NCBI GenBank assembly: GCA_000708835.1
Contig: DF236970.1
Coordinates: forward strand, 310,001 to 374,000
DNA length: 64,000 bases
DNA from: Klebsormidium nitens
Lineage: Eukaryota > Plantae > Klebsormidiophyceae
Direction: 5' to 3'
The stretch's first letter is position 1; each line of letters opens with the position of its first letter. The notes under the pieces were generated by a model. That model saw only the letters and a program-made list of their open reading frames with translations, searched no databases and was not told the origin of the DNA. Below, in pieces: positions 23,534 through 36,100 of the stretch. The position numbers and the translations under genes were made by a program.

Positions 23534-26500
23534 TCACGGAACGGTGACAACAATCTTTCCCGTCGCATGCCCCCCGAGGCACCGCTCCCACGCCTTGTCC
23601 GCCTCCTTGAGCGGCGTCTTTGAATCGACCACCGTTTTCAGCTCGCCCCTGCCCATCATCTCAATCAGCAGCTTCAGATCCTCCGCCTTCGAGCAGTCGC
23701 AGAAAATGGGAATCATCTTCTGCCCCGCGAACGTTACCGACTGGATCGCCGTCCGCAGGAAAGTGGAAAACTCGGGAATCGTGCTTACGACACACCCCTT
23801 GGGGGTGAGCACCCGGTGAAAGTGGTCCCACTTCTCCGGAACCGCCGTCGTGTGCAGGATGACGTCATACAGCTCGCCACCCGGGTGCGCGAGCGGGTTG
23901 TCCGGGTCCGCGACCGCCCGGTAGTCGATGACGTCATCGGCGCCGAGGCTGCGCGCGAGGTCCGCGTTGCGCGCGCCGACCGTGACGGTCACGTGGGCGC
24001 CCGCCTTCTTGGCCAGCTGCGCCGGGTGTGGAGGGTTAATCCAAACCCGCGGCTTAAAGGTTGTGAAAAGGGTTAAAGTTCGTGGAAATAGGCGTTTGGA
24101 TGATGTGCTGTGAAAAGGTTGTAGGGATTTCAGAGGACCGCTTCTCCTGGGAGGCAGGGACGAGAGTCGGAAAGAAGCTTCGAGGACTTCGAAAGAGAAA
24201 CCCTGCAAGAAGGCAAAGAAGCAAACACAGGAGTGACGCGACTTCGCGAGACGCGGTCAGAAAAGCACTCTAACCTCCGTTCTCGTCAAGACGGTTGATT
24301 GTGACATAAGTGCGTCTCAGGCCGCGATAACAAGGCGAATCAAGCGGCATGTGTGCACAACGGTAGGCGGTAGGCTCCACGCAGGCTCTTCCTCTTACGA
24401 TCTCAAACACGAAGTTCTCTATCTTTGCGAATTTGTTTTTCTGGCCGGTTTTTGCTCTGCTCAATGGAGCACAGTCCTTGTCCATCTGACTTTCATTTTC
24501 AGTCGGGGCGATGCGCCGACGCGCCTCCGCAATCAAAAAGCATCTGAACAAGTGTCACAAAATTTCGTACGAAGCAGGAGACATCAAGCGCATGAACAGT
24601 TCGAGGCTGCAGCAGGCAAGATCGTTCAGATGAGCAACCAGTTCCGCTTTTGAATTTTAACCAGCCCCTGAACAGCATCGTAAGTCTGTACCCCTTTGGC
24701 TATCAGTAGCATCACGACCCTTGAATTGCAAATGGAGAGTCGGCTGGAGGTTAGGAATCCGGTCGAATCAGTTGACCGGTGTGATTGGACGCCCTGCGGA
24801 GCTTAGATGCCTTCTCCTTAGGCGACCGCAGAAACGAGCAAACGGTCCTTCGAACTGATGGACCAGATGTTGTTCGAAGATTTCACTTTCCCTTCTTTTC
24901 ACGACAAAGTCCCATGGATACGTTCCTGAACACCTGCACCGCGTCTGCGAACTCTTCTGGAAGCCGCCACAATAAGAATTCGGCCATTCACTCAACTGAG
25001 AATGAACCGTTTATTGAAATCAACCAGCCGTGTTCCGAGGATTCTCTTTTCTCTCATTTTGGTTTCTGACGCTTTCCCAAGAAGATTGTGCCAGTTACCT
25101 GCACCGCATAAGCGCCCACTCCCCCTGACGCCGCCATGATGAGCACCCGACCCTTACTTGACCAGCAAAAGAATGTTCCAAAGCTTTTCATCTTTCGAAT
25201 ATTCGTTGCCTGCTCTCTTTATCCATGTTAAGGTTCCACGTACCTGCACCGCATAGATGCCCACTGCCCCAGGTGCCGCCATTACGAGCACCCGGCCATT
25301 CACTCAAATAATATCCAACTGATGACAATATCAATCAGACGTTTCTCAAGGGTTCTTCTATTCCTGCCGTGTTTTCTGACGTTCTTCGAAGAGATTGGGG
25401 TGCAGCGCATAGATGCCCACTCCGCCAGACGCCGCCATTATNNNNNNNNNNNNNNNNNNNNNNNNNNNNNNNNNNNNNNNNNNNNNNNNNNNNNNNNNNN
25501 NNNNNNNNNNNNNNNNNNNNNNNNNNNNNNNNNNNNNNNNNNNNNNNNNNNNNNNNNNNNNNNNNNNNNNNNNNNNNNNNNNNNNNNNNNNNNNNNNNNN
25601 NNNNNNNNNNNNNNNNNNNNNNNNNNNNNNNNNNNNNNNNNNNNNNNNNNNNNNNNNNNNNNNNNNNNNNNNNNNNNNNNNNNNNNNNNNNNNNNNNNNN
25701 NNNNNNNNNNNNNNNNNNNNNNNNNNNNNNNNNNNNNNNNNNNNNNNNNNNNNNNNNNNNNNNNNNNNNNNNNNNNNNNNNNNNNNNNNNNNNAATAAGC
25801 ACCCGGCCCTTATACCCCGAGAGCGGCACACCGGCCTTGTCCCTGAGTGCCTGGAGGGCGGTCATTCCCGTGGTGACAACTCCCGAGGCCTCCTCGAACG
25901 AGACTGACGCCGGCAGTTTTGCGGCGGCCGACTTTTTGTCGAGGAGAACGTATTCCGCGAGCCCGCCTGATTTCTGCGGGGGGGTAACGAGGCTAGTTGG
26001 TTAGGATACTCAAAGGTAGATTGGGGATGGGATTAAAGGCATGAAAGCTGAATGAAGTTTTTCACAAGCGGTTTATAGGCTGAGAATACGAGAGGGAAGG
26101 TTTCGCAGTGTGGGACTTTACGTACTCGGCGAGGCCGCCTGATTTCTCCGGGAAATGTACAATGTTGGTTGGGGTATAGAAAAGTAAAGCTGTTCGGCTT
26201 AAGGGCTTGAAAGCTGAAAGAAATTGACAAACGGTTCGTTAGGCTGGCCTAATACGAGAGGGGAACTCTTTGCTGTGGCGGACTTTTTGTCGAGGAGAAC
26301 GCATTCCGCGAGCCCGCTTGAATTCTGCGGGGGGATAAACGGAGACTTATTAAGGTGGTTAGGATTTTGGTGAAAGGGAACGAAGGAACAAGCGTGTTGC
26401 AAAGTTGCCATGACGATGGGGAAGGTTTTGAGGCCCGAGGAGGACGTGTTCTGCAAGGCCGCCTGATTCTGCGGGGGAGTAAACCGAGATCGATGGGGGT

Positions 26501-29193
26501 TTAGCGAGATGGCCAGGGTTTTGGTCAATGGGAACGAAGAAACAAGCGTGTTGCAAAGTTGCGAAAACGACGGGGGAAAGGTTTGCGGCCGACTTTTGTC
26601 GAGGAGGACGTATTTAGCGAGCCCGCCTGATTCTGCGGGGGATTTATAACGTTGATTAGAGTCTGAATGTAGATCGAGGTTGGCTTCAAATGCTTGAAAG
26701 CCGACTAGAGTTTTACAAACGGTTTGTTAGGATATACGAGAGGGGAAGTGTCGTGACTGCGGACGTGTTCGCAAGCCCGCCCAAGCTCTGCTGAACGGGA
26801 GAGATTTGAGTTAGAGGTTGTGGGAAACTGGGTGAACGAGCAGTTTTCAGAGTCGTAAAAGTCAGGTGGCGAGCTTACCAGCGTCACACACGGGCTCTCA
26901 GAAAGGACGGACTTAGCGAACCTGCCTGATCCACAGGGGTCTAGGAATCTATGGTGAGGGTTCTGGCGACGTAGCGTGCTGAGCGCAATCGACGGCTTTG
27001 AGGATACGAACCGGAAGGACCAACAGATGAGGTCAACGGAGCATAAGCAACACAAGGCGTGTAGCCCAAAATGAAAGGAGCAAATACAAAAGGCAAATCA
27101 AAAACCCATTCAACAAAGTTCGTAATGAGCACACATTGAGCAAGGACTATCTTTTCGTAGCTGCACCTTCGTTCCCTGACTAGTCTTTCCGATTAAGATT
27201 CACAACCAGAGCTGACGTCAGCTCTGCTCTACCAGAACGGGGGCCAAAAGCGCACCATGACGTCACTCCAGGCCGCGACCCGGTCTCCCACGGCGAAGTC
27301 CGTGACGCCCTCGCCGACGGCGGCGACTGTGCCAGCCACGTCAGTGCCTGCGGAAAATTTCCTCGATCTAGTTACTCTGGCTGGCGTTTCTCAGAACGCC
27401 CTGATTTGCGTCGTTGTTGTGAGTGCCTTCTCATCTGTATCGACATTCTTTTCCGTGAACAGAGATTTAAAAAGAATCGCGAAAGTCCTGCAATGAACTG
27501 CGCTGAAGTCTCAGCTCGAGAACGCTGATGTTGTGAGTCGGATGGTCTTTTCGAGTGGCCGATGAGGTGACCAACAACCTGCCTCCCCATGTTTTCCCTT
27601 AGGGCTGAGTGCCAGTATCGAACAGTCGACAGGAGATCCTAGTACTCTGAGCTGAACGGGTTGAGAAGCGCCCTCGAATGGGTTCGGCGCAACCCTCCAA
27701 GAAGTCGCATTGAGGACGTCAAAAGCTGGAAAAATGTCTCCGAGATTGAGAAGGGACTTGAGGATCAGACTTATGTTACTGAGTAACGACTCACATGGCG
27801 TGATGGGGAGCTTCAGACCGTAGATCATCTTCAAGGATCCGGACTCGAGCTTGTAATCCAGTGGGTTAAGGCTCGTGGCGGCAACCTGCAACGAAATGAG
27901 CCGCTTTAGATTTGTCTTTTGAGGCTTGCCAGATTGGGAGAGTAACGAAAGCTTTCTCAATTCCCCCCTTAAGATCTGCCAGCTATTGTTGTGGGGGCTC
28001 TAATCCAACATCAATTGGCGGGAAGGCCGTTCGATGCAGTAGTTTGAACCGGCTTTCCATTACACCGTTAGACAAAGAGACTTAAGCATCTTCTCTGGTT
28101 GCGATAAGAGAGGTGCGTCAATTGCGTAATGCATTTGAACTCTGCTGATTGCGAAATCACTTACGATCAGGACGTATGACTGGAATCACATGTCTCTATC
28201 CTTGGCTGGCACCCACAAAGAATTGAACAGTCTTGTCAAGCAAGCCTAGATTGCAGCTAGAACCGGAAGGGTGAAGCCACTCAGTATAAGCAATCAGCAG
28301 CTTGGGAAATGTCTCCTCTTTCACCATTTGTCACTCTTATTCTTTCTACTTGATCTTCCTTCATTTCAGTCATTCATTGAGGCGTCTTTTGTGAAAGCGG
28401 TGTACAAATCAACCAACACTCTCCATTTTGTGTAAACCCATGAGACCGTAAACCCTCGGAACAGCATCAAAAAATTGAGTGCTTGTGTGCAATGCAATTG
28501 AAACGTTGTAGGGACCGCATCCATTTCATCAAGTGAAGATGCAAGAGAAAGCTTTGATGGAAAGAGCCAAAACATGTTTGCAATCACAGTATAGGTCTGG
28601 GATGAAAGTACAATCTTCCTTTTTCAAGAGAGTGGGTGTGAATTTGAATCCATGTTCGTCTTGTCTGCCAACAGTAACAAACAGGATGCGGGTTGCTCTG
28701 AGATCCAGGAGAGTAAGAACCATGCAGTGATTACTGAGTATGTCACAACATTGACCATCGACACTGTGCCTGTCTTAACTACCCAAAACTGTCCTTTCAA
28801 TTGTCAGAGGCTTTGGTCAATAACAGATCAACCCTGTGTCTAAGACAAACCTGGTCCTTAGGCTTGCATCGAAGTGGCCTTGCGGGACCAGAAATTGGAT
28901 CTCAGTGTTGACATATAGATGACCACAGTGACTCAGCTGGGAACAACCAAGTTCACTATACGGGCCACCCATTTTAATGGACACTCTCCAATTTGCCGCC
29001 CCCATTGCAAACATCAAAGCGTTTATCATACAAAGGAATGCTGATCTTGAAAGGCAAAAGTTTCTTTTCTGACCTTCACGAGAAGCTCCTTTGGGCCCGG
29101 CGCCGGCACTGGCAGCTCCACCTGATGCATCCCCTTGCCGTACTCCTTGTACTGCCACGCGTGCATCGTAGACGGAAGCGCAATTGCCGCCAT
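23534..29193 (-). CDS. ceQORH: Chloroplast-envelope quinone oxidoreductase homolog (MDR/zeta-crystallin family), 5 exons; the 3' end of exon 4 is lost in an N gap
   Basis: Exons 29193-29074, 27885-27795, 27347-27256, 25973-(gap at 25793) and 24016-23534. Motifs MHAWQYKEYG..VPAPGPKELLVKVAATSLNPLDYK, PCTDVAGTVAAVGEGVTDFAVGDRV, GGLAEY, GMTALQAL, LAKKAGAHVTVTVGARNADLARSLGADDVIDY, KTVVDSKTPLKEADKAWERCLGGHATGKIVV closely follow my recollection of Arabidopsis ceQORH. There is no N-terminal extension. Confidence 0.9.
25090..26650 (-). repeat. Diverged tandem copies of both splice boundaries of ceQORH exon 4
   Basis: Acceptor copies of CCCGCAG|AAATCAGGCGGGCTCGCGGAATACG lie at ~26145, 26324, 26468 and 26632. 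Exon-end copies (encoding IMAASGGVG.YA.Q) end at ~25401, 25244 and 25099. Confidence 0.9.
25442..25793. other. Assembly gap (352 N) inside ceQORH exon 4 / intron 4
   Basis: Run of N flanked by tandem copies of the exon-4 3' end. Confidence 0.99.
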
Positions 29194-29427
29194 GCTCGCA
29201 CAGCTTCTTACCCTTCTAGCTGTTGAGTTTGCTGCTTTATTGCCAACTGCTCTCAAGCGCCTGCGATCTTTATCTGCGTAATAACAAAAGCTCTAACTGC
29301 TGAATGAGCTGGCATGGAAGGGATTGCGGAGTTGTAGCTAGCCTAGTAGCTGAGCGACAGTCACCTCGCTGCATTAATCCTCCACAAGCACATTTGACAG
29401 CAGATTAATTTCCAGCTGGTGGCGTTC

Positions 29428-29720
29428 GTACATGCCATTGTACAATGTGTACAAGTACGGTACCTAGTGGGATACATCATACCTAGCTAGCTCTAGGGAC
29501 CTACGGTACCGGTAATTGCATGTTCTTGCATGTCGCACTGGGCAGCGGGCTAGGAGAGGACAGTAGGTACATCTTTTGTAGAGGTACCGGTAACCGTAGG
29601 CAGTACTAAGGTACAGGATGGGGTGTACATTTTCAGATGTACGGACAAAGAAAGTGCGTCATGGTCTGACATCACCGACCCTGCCTCCATGAAATATGTA
29701 GGTGGGTAAACTTTTAGTAC
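29428..29720. promoter_or_regulatory. GTAC-motif cluster in the divergent ceQORH / PPR-SMR promoter
   Basis: 13 GTAC tetramers start at 29428, 29440, 29449, 29455, 29460, 29506, 29567, 29584, 29603, 29611, 29625, 29639 and 29717. About 1 is expected in 293 bp. A regulatory role is inferred. Confidence 0.45.
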
Positions 29721-30145
29721 GTGGATAACCTGACTGACACAACCCGAGGGTTCAAGCCGGAGCCTTGGCTGTTCAATGTCAATTGCGCACAAGTTTCAAT
29801 TCCTAACCTTCTTAAACATGAAAGCTTGCCACCCCTTGCTGTCCGAGCCGGTAGACGATGACGACAGATACCTAGTTACCACGTGGTCCGAGAATCTGTA
29901 TGCCGTACTCCGACATCTGTATGCCGTACGGTCCATCCGACACGAATTTCCATCTGTAATTGGTCGGCGCAAGCGGAAACTTTTGCTTTCCGTCTCGTCT
30001 CTAGTTGCTCTTGGAATGCTTAGGGTTTTGTAGCTCTGATTGAAGATCAATTGCTGGCCTGCATTTCCCAGCAGAACTTCAAATAAATAGAGAGCGGAGG
30101 AAAGGCGTCGCCAGATTGTTTCCAGAGGCAAATGCGGCGGAGGCG

Positions 30146-33100
30146 ATGGCTACATCATACTGCAAGCTCCATGTCTGCGGTTTGCTCCCTGCCGGGAAGG
30201 TGTTAGCGAGGGGCACTAGGGCGGCCACATTTGGTGTGCCGCTGAAGATTGAAAGCGCATCTTCTCAAAATCTGCGCAGGTAAGGGCCTTGACCGCTTGA
30301 AGTGTTTTCAGGATGACAGTAGATTGAGTTTTTTGACCGCACTCTCTTCTGAAGGTTGGGCAGACAATCTTGGAAATAAATGAGCATTTATGGTCCGAGC
30401 TCACCAAGAGTAGAAAACTTCAGATTGTGAGCCCGGGCTTTGGCAAAATTTCCCCAATTTGATCACTCTTTTTGGCATTCAAAACGCAATGTGCGGCTAC
30501 TTCTTGGTAATGGTGTGCTGCATTGCAATGTTGTCGTGTTCAACTTTGGACATCCTGCGCTTACATTTCATACATTCCAGCCGGTTAGAACTGCTCAAAC
30601 AAGAAGCATGCTGCAGAGTCCTCGCAACAATTCTCGCTGCTTCTGTTAGTTAAACAGCGGGTGGATCACATGTGGTTACTTTTGGATTAGGGTTCACATC
30701 CGCTTTGCGTTCGGAAATGGAGCTGCATGCAATAACCTCAGTGCGCTGTGTTCTGCTCTTCTTCTTCCTGCAATGCACACTACCAGGTACTTCAAGAGTG
30801 ACCATCAATTAATTACTCTGAGTAGGAAGTGAAAAGGCAGCGCAGTCATCAGGTCTAATACGTAAGGTGTTTCGTGCTGTAGATATTTTCGAAAGTCACA
30901 TTGTACTTGAAAGAAGTCATGACTCCTTACCTTATGTTCGACCAAGAGTCAACCCGATAGCGAGCGCCACCAAACACTCCCTCGCATCCAGAAAGTATCT
31001 ATTTCTCCTTCGAAGCTCCGCTTTGATCCTCTACGGTGACTTATCGCCACCAAAGCCATAACTGCAGGAAGCACCCCGTTCTAGTTCAAGCCTCGGTGGC
31101 TACCGAGGCGCCCCCCCCAGCAGGAGGCCCCGATGGTGTCGCTGCCGCCCAGCCGCGCCCCAGGAATAAGGGCCGCCAGCCCCGAAACAAGGCCTCCTGG
31201 AGGAAGGAGAAAGAAGCAACTGGCGATGTCGTTCAAGCGGCATCGGCATTACTGCAGCCGAAGACCGAAGGGGAGAGCGCGCAGAGCGGGCCGAAAATTC
31301 TGGACTGGTTGAACGAGGAAGGAGTGGATAAGACGGCCGAGGTGAGTAACTGTTGCGTGCCCGCCCAATAGTGGAGAGGTTAAGACAACAATAAGACTGC
31401 ATCACTTCAATCCATTAAGAGAATTAAAGACAAAGCTCTCCGTGATTTGTCTGCCAAGACGAAGAGACCCCAAGGAGTCCTGAGACTTTGAAGCGAACAC
31501 GGGCGCTCTGGCATGCTTTGTAATGCTCTTGCACGCTCCAGTTGATTCACCGATACGTCCCTCTCCCTATCCTAGCGCCGATCTGCAGGGCAGAGATGAA
31601 ATTCCTAAGAGGCAGTCCACATTCTCTTCAAATTCAAGTTTTCACAGACTGCTTTCGTTGAACAAGGGGTCGTGCCGAAAATCAGGCCCCATTCTCACCA
31701 GCACGTTTTCCCCCTGTTTACAGGCAACGATCCGCAGGGTGAATAGAGCCATCAGCACCCGGGCGACCGTGCGGGAGGCGCTTCAAGTGGTGGAGGACAT
31801 GAAGGAAGCGGGGCTGAGCGCAAACGAGGGCACGTTTGCCGCGCTCGTGACGGTGTGCCGGCGCCAGAAGCAAGGAGAGCGCGCGCTGGTGGTGTATGAT
31901 GTGAGTGTCAAGTTTCGACATGACTCCAAGAGCATCTTTCGTTGACACTATACCAGATTCATACCCGTTTTGACACAGGGAGAGCACGCGCCAGTGGTTC
32001 TCGATGTGAGTGTCAAGTTCGGCCCTGAGTGTAATCCGCATTTCTTTGACACTAATCAGAGCCCGTTTGACAGAGCCTGGCGCGTAGCGGTGTGCGGGCG
32101 CCAAAAGCAGGGAAAGCTCGCGCTGATGGTCTATGACGTTGGTGTCAGCGTATATCCAAAGTCCGTGTGCGTAATCGGTTCATACGGACTTGGAGTCGTT
32201 GTGACAGCATTCTGTCGACGTTTGTGACGGTGTGCCAGGAGAGCGTGCGTGCACGTCAAGATTCAGCTTACAAATGACATCCGTGATTTGTTGACTCTGG
32301 AGAGGGGTAAACCGTAACATTGAGAGCACTTTCTGTCCCTAGTCTGACAAAGCCAATGAACAGCCGTCAGGGCATCGCACAGGGAAAGGGGGATTTTAAT
32401 GTACGCAGACCAACGCAGACCAGGCTTCCGGACACAGCGAGTAGTGTTTGAGCATCGCCCCCAAACCTGTTTTAGTTGACGAGAGAGTTCTTGCTCTTTG
32501 GACTTCCGTTGATAGAGTCTTCTGTATGTTTACCGCAGGCCATGAAGCAGGCAGGGATCAAAGCCTCGAAACTCACGTTCCGGAACCTTATCCTGGCGTG
32601 CCAGCAGGCAGGCATGCAGGACCAGGCTCTAACCATCAAGGTACGGCTTAACCCTGTTACAGAGGACCCTTGTAGCCGTCAGATTGCATCAAACAGTCGG
32701 GTCATCAAACAGTCGGGTTGAAAGTTGAAATGCTAAGACTTTGGCCGAGGAATCAGAGGGTGATGAACTCGTTCAGGAATATCATATCCGCTTCGAACCA
32801 CCAGACTTTGAAAGTCCAACGTCGCTTCTGAGATTCGCCTTTCAAAAGCTTGTGAAATTGGCCTTGGCAAGTCGCCCTTCGTCGATGCTGGCACTTTGAT
32901 TCCATCTTGCAATCTGCCGTTGCCCTTTGATAAACATGGCTGTTCTTTACCATGAATCTCCCTCAAAATAAAGTCAAATGTCGCTGCGCAGAAAGACATG
33001 ATGGCTTCGGGTTACAAGCCGGACCTGGGCACGTACAGCGCACTGCTCCAGGCGATCGTGAAAATGTCCCCTTACAGAGGGCGGATCACTCCTGGGCAGA

Positions 33101-36100
33101 GGTGAGAGGCGCCATTTTATCTCGGGTTGCCTCAGGCACATGCGAGATGGAATCCATTACGGACTGTGTGGAGTAATGCAAGACTGAGCTTTGTCAGATG
33201 TCAGTCAAGTTTGCTTTGTGCGCATACGGGAACGTTCGATGTGGCGTGAAATTATCTCGGCCGTGCTTGTGACCTGGAAGGGTAAAGTCGTCCAATTTTG
33301 GAAAGCCTCATACGGACCCTTATAAACGATTACGAAGAAATTTGTCCTGCAGTGCCGCTCTAGATAAGCGTACAGGTGCCACTGTCAAGGCCTTTGCACT
33401 CTCAGGACTTCACACAAGCTCGTGACATCCTCTCGCAAGCTCCGAATTGCAAAACCTGACCAGTCCGTCGGAGACCTGCCGTCGTATGTTGCTCACGAGA
33501 ACGCTGACGTTGTCTCCTGCAGGCTCGACAAGGCGCTGGACACGTACCAGGAGATGAAGGCGGCGGACATCAAGCCTGACGTCATCGTCTTCAACACGCT
33601 GCTGAGCGCCGCAGAGAGGGCCAAGAACCCTGGGAAAGCCCTGGTGAGAGCGCGCATCCTCTCAAGATTGGGGGCTTTTGTCTCATTGTATTCCTGCCCT
33701 ATTTTGCTCGTGTTACTATGCGGCATGTCTATGAACGCCTGGAGGCTAGCAATGATAATTCCGAACCCGAGTGTGAGATAGTGGGGGCCTTCTCTTTCAC
33801 TTTTTGTCAAATTTGAAAGGGGCCGACGAGCTCATTTGTTTATTAAATGGTGATTCCGAGATCAGGGATTGCAGGAGGATACAAACATTGCACTGCAAGT
33901 GCGCTCCATATATCCGCGCTTTCTTTCCTCCTGTCACGGGATTTTTCTTTGTTGCAGAAAGCGGCTTGCGTAAAAAGAAAGCATGCCGATGTTGCACGCA
34001 ATTTTGCTGGTTTCGTATACCTTCGTTTTCTGATCGACGTCTTTCGATTATGCAGCGAAGTGCGGCTTTCGCCGAGCCTGTACTGGTGAAAATGACCAAC
34101 GGCATCTGATTTACGACGCAACTCGTTGGTAAATTGCACTTTCCACCCCGTCTTGACACCATTCTTTCTGGCCTACAGGAGATCTACGCCCTGATGGCCC
34201 AGGCGGGCATCAAAGCCAACCGCACCACGTTCGAGACGCTCCTCCAGACCGTGGGCCACAGCGGGCGGCTCAAAGCTGCGGAAGAAGTCTTCAACGAGAT
34301 GCGGGTGGTCGGCGTTGCGCCCCGCACGGCGACTTTCAACTTTCTGATCGAGGCGTGCGGGACTGCGCCCCAGCCGCAGGTGCAAAAGGCGTTCGGGTAC
34401 GTGGAGGAGATGAAGAAGTCGGAGGAGGCTAAGCCGAACGTGGAGACGTACATTCGGCTGATCAACACGGCCAGCAGGGTGAGTAGTTCCGAGGCTTTTT
34501 GGAGGTGTCGAGTTATTTGGGGGTCAGGCGATCCTGGTTACATCAGGCAAAATGTCATTAAAGGTGAGGAAGTTGGGGGAGGCTGGTCCGAACGTGGAGA
34601 CGTGTTCCGGCTGGTTAACACGGCCAGCAGGGTGATTAAAGTCCGCACCACTCTGTTTCTCCCATTATCGCGAAGCTGTTCCTGGATTGTGCTTAAATTC
34701 TGCAGTTGGACGGAAAAGGTGGAGACATAGTCGATGCTCGCACTGTTTAGCTTGGTGGCAACAATAGAGGATCTCTTGGAGATCTTGAATCGGCTAGTTT
34801 GCGGCCAAGCAGGAGCAATACACAATCGGCGAACGCGAATCTTTGTAGATGGTCTTTCTTGTTGCGGTTGTAGCCGCGGTCCGGTTGCTGTCGGTCGGTG
34901 CTGACGAGCGTTTCTTGTGAATGAAGCGCCATTTCCTTGCCGACATCAAATGTGCTTCTTGCCCCTCGTAGAAAAGCTATTGCTTCGGTGGTTGCTTCAA
35001 TCAGAATCACCCGTTGCTCAGAGCGCTCGGGCATAATCTCCAAATTGTTTTTTGGTATGCAGGGTCCGAGTCCTGGGCAAGCGCTTAGAGCGTACAAGTT
35101 GCTCGTGGAGGCAGGGTTCCGGGAAAAGGTCGGCCTATCGGTTTACAACAGACTGATCAGCGCGGCAGGCCAGGCGGGCAAGCTAGACAAGGCGTTCGAG
35201 GTGAGGGGCGTTCTCCTCTTTCATTATATCCCTTCTTTTTTGTTCGCTTTGTCTTTGGTGCGTTCTTTTGTTGCTTCCCTGGTTCTTGCGAATTGAAGTC
35301 CTCCTTCCTCCACGATATATCCTGTTTATTGCGGGTCCCAGAATCTCTCTTTCTCAGCTACGTTTCGCTATGCTTTTTGTTTTCCTTTACGTTTCTCATT
35401 CGCAATCCAGCCTTCTTTTGTGGGAGTCGGCCTCGAAGGCCCGTCCCCGTTGCGTGCAGAGTTCGTCTTTAAGGTCCAAAAGCAGTTGCTCTCAGCCTTT
35501 TCTCCAACGAGTCTCTCGCGAAGCCCTGCTCTTTTTCCATTAACAATCTGTACAACGCCTTCGCTGGGCGCTTCTCGAACTCGGTATCTGAAAAATTCAG
35601 TCGCTGAGAAGTTAGTCACTTTGCAGATTTACGATACCTTACGGGAAGCCGGGTTCAAGCCGGATGGCTTCACATACTCCGCCCTGGTAGCAGCGTGCGG
35701 GAAGGCAGGGGATGCGTCGCGGGCTTTGGCCGTGAGCGAAGACATGGAGAAGGGGTACGGGCTACTGCCTAACCAGGTGGGTGATTTGCTCCTAGTTGAC
35801 GTTCTACCATCGGTTTGACTAGAGAGAAGTCGAAGTTGGAACCTGCCAGACTGGAGAGTTTGGCTGAGGTATGTACGATCATTTTACAATCACTCAAATC
35901 GACCTCAAAACCTGAACGCTTGACTTTCATGTCCTCATGGCACATGCGGCAGAGGCGGGCAGTAGCGGAAAGCCCTCGCCCTTCTTTTGCAAATCAAGGA
36001 GGGTCTTCGGACATTGTGGACTCTCAAAGCTTCTGCGGTTCGAATCTAACTGCCTGAATATCCGGGGTCTAACGAAATCAACTTTTGACATGAAAAGTGT

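Noticed and set aside
25322-26004. ORFs of 150-210 aa spanning the first gap (likewise 43143-43948 at the second gap)
   Set aside because: Their length is an artefact of N runs; only the ceQORH exon-4 portion is supported.
25960-26650. Regularly spaced repeats resembling a CRISPR array or minisatellite
   Set aside because: The units are diverged copies of a splice acceptor plus exon start. There are no identical repeats with unique spacers, no cas genes, and the context is eukaryotic.
36037-36046. GGTTCGAATC, a tRNA T-loop-like word
   Set aside because: No T-stem pairing or cloverleaf in the flanks.
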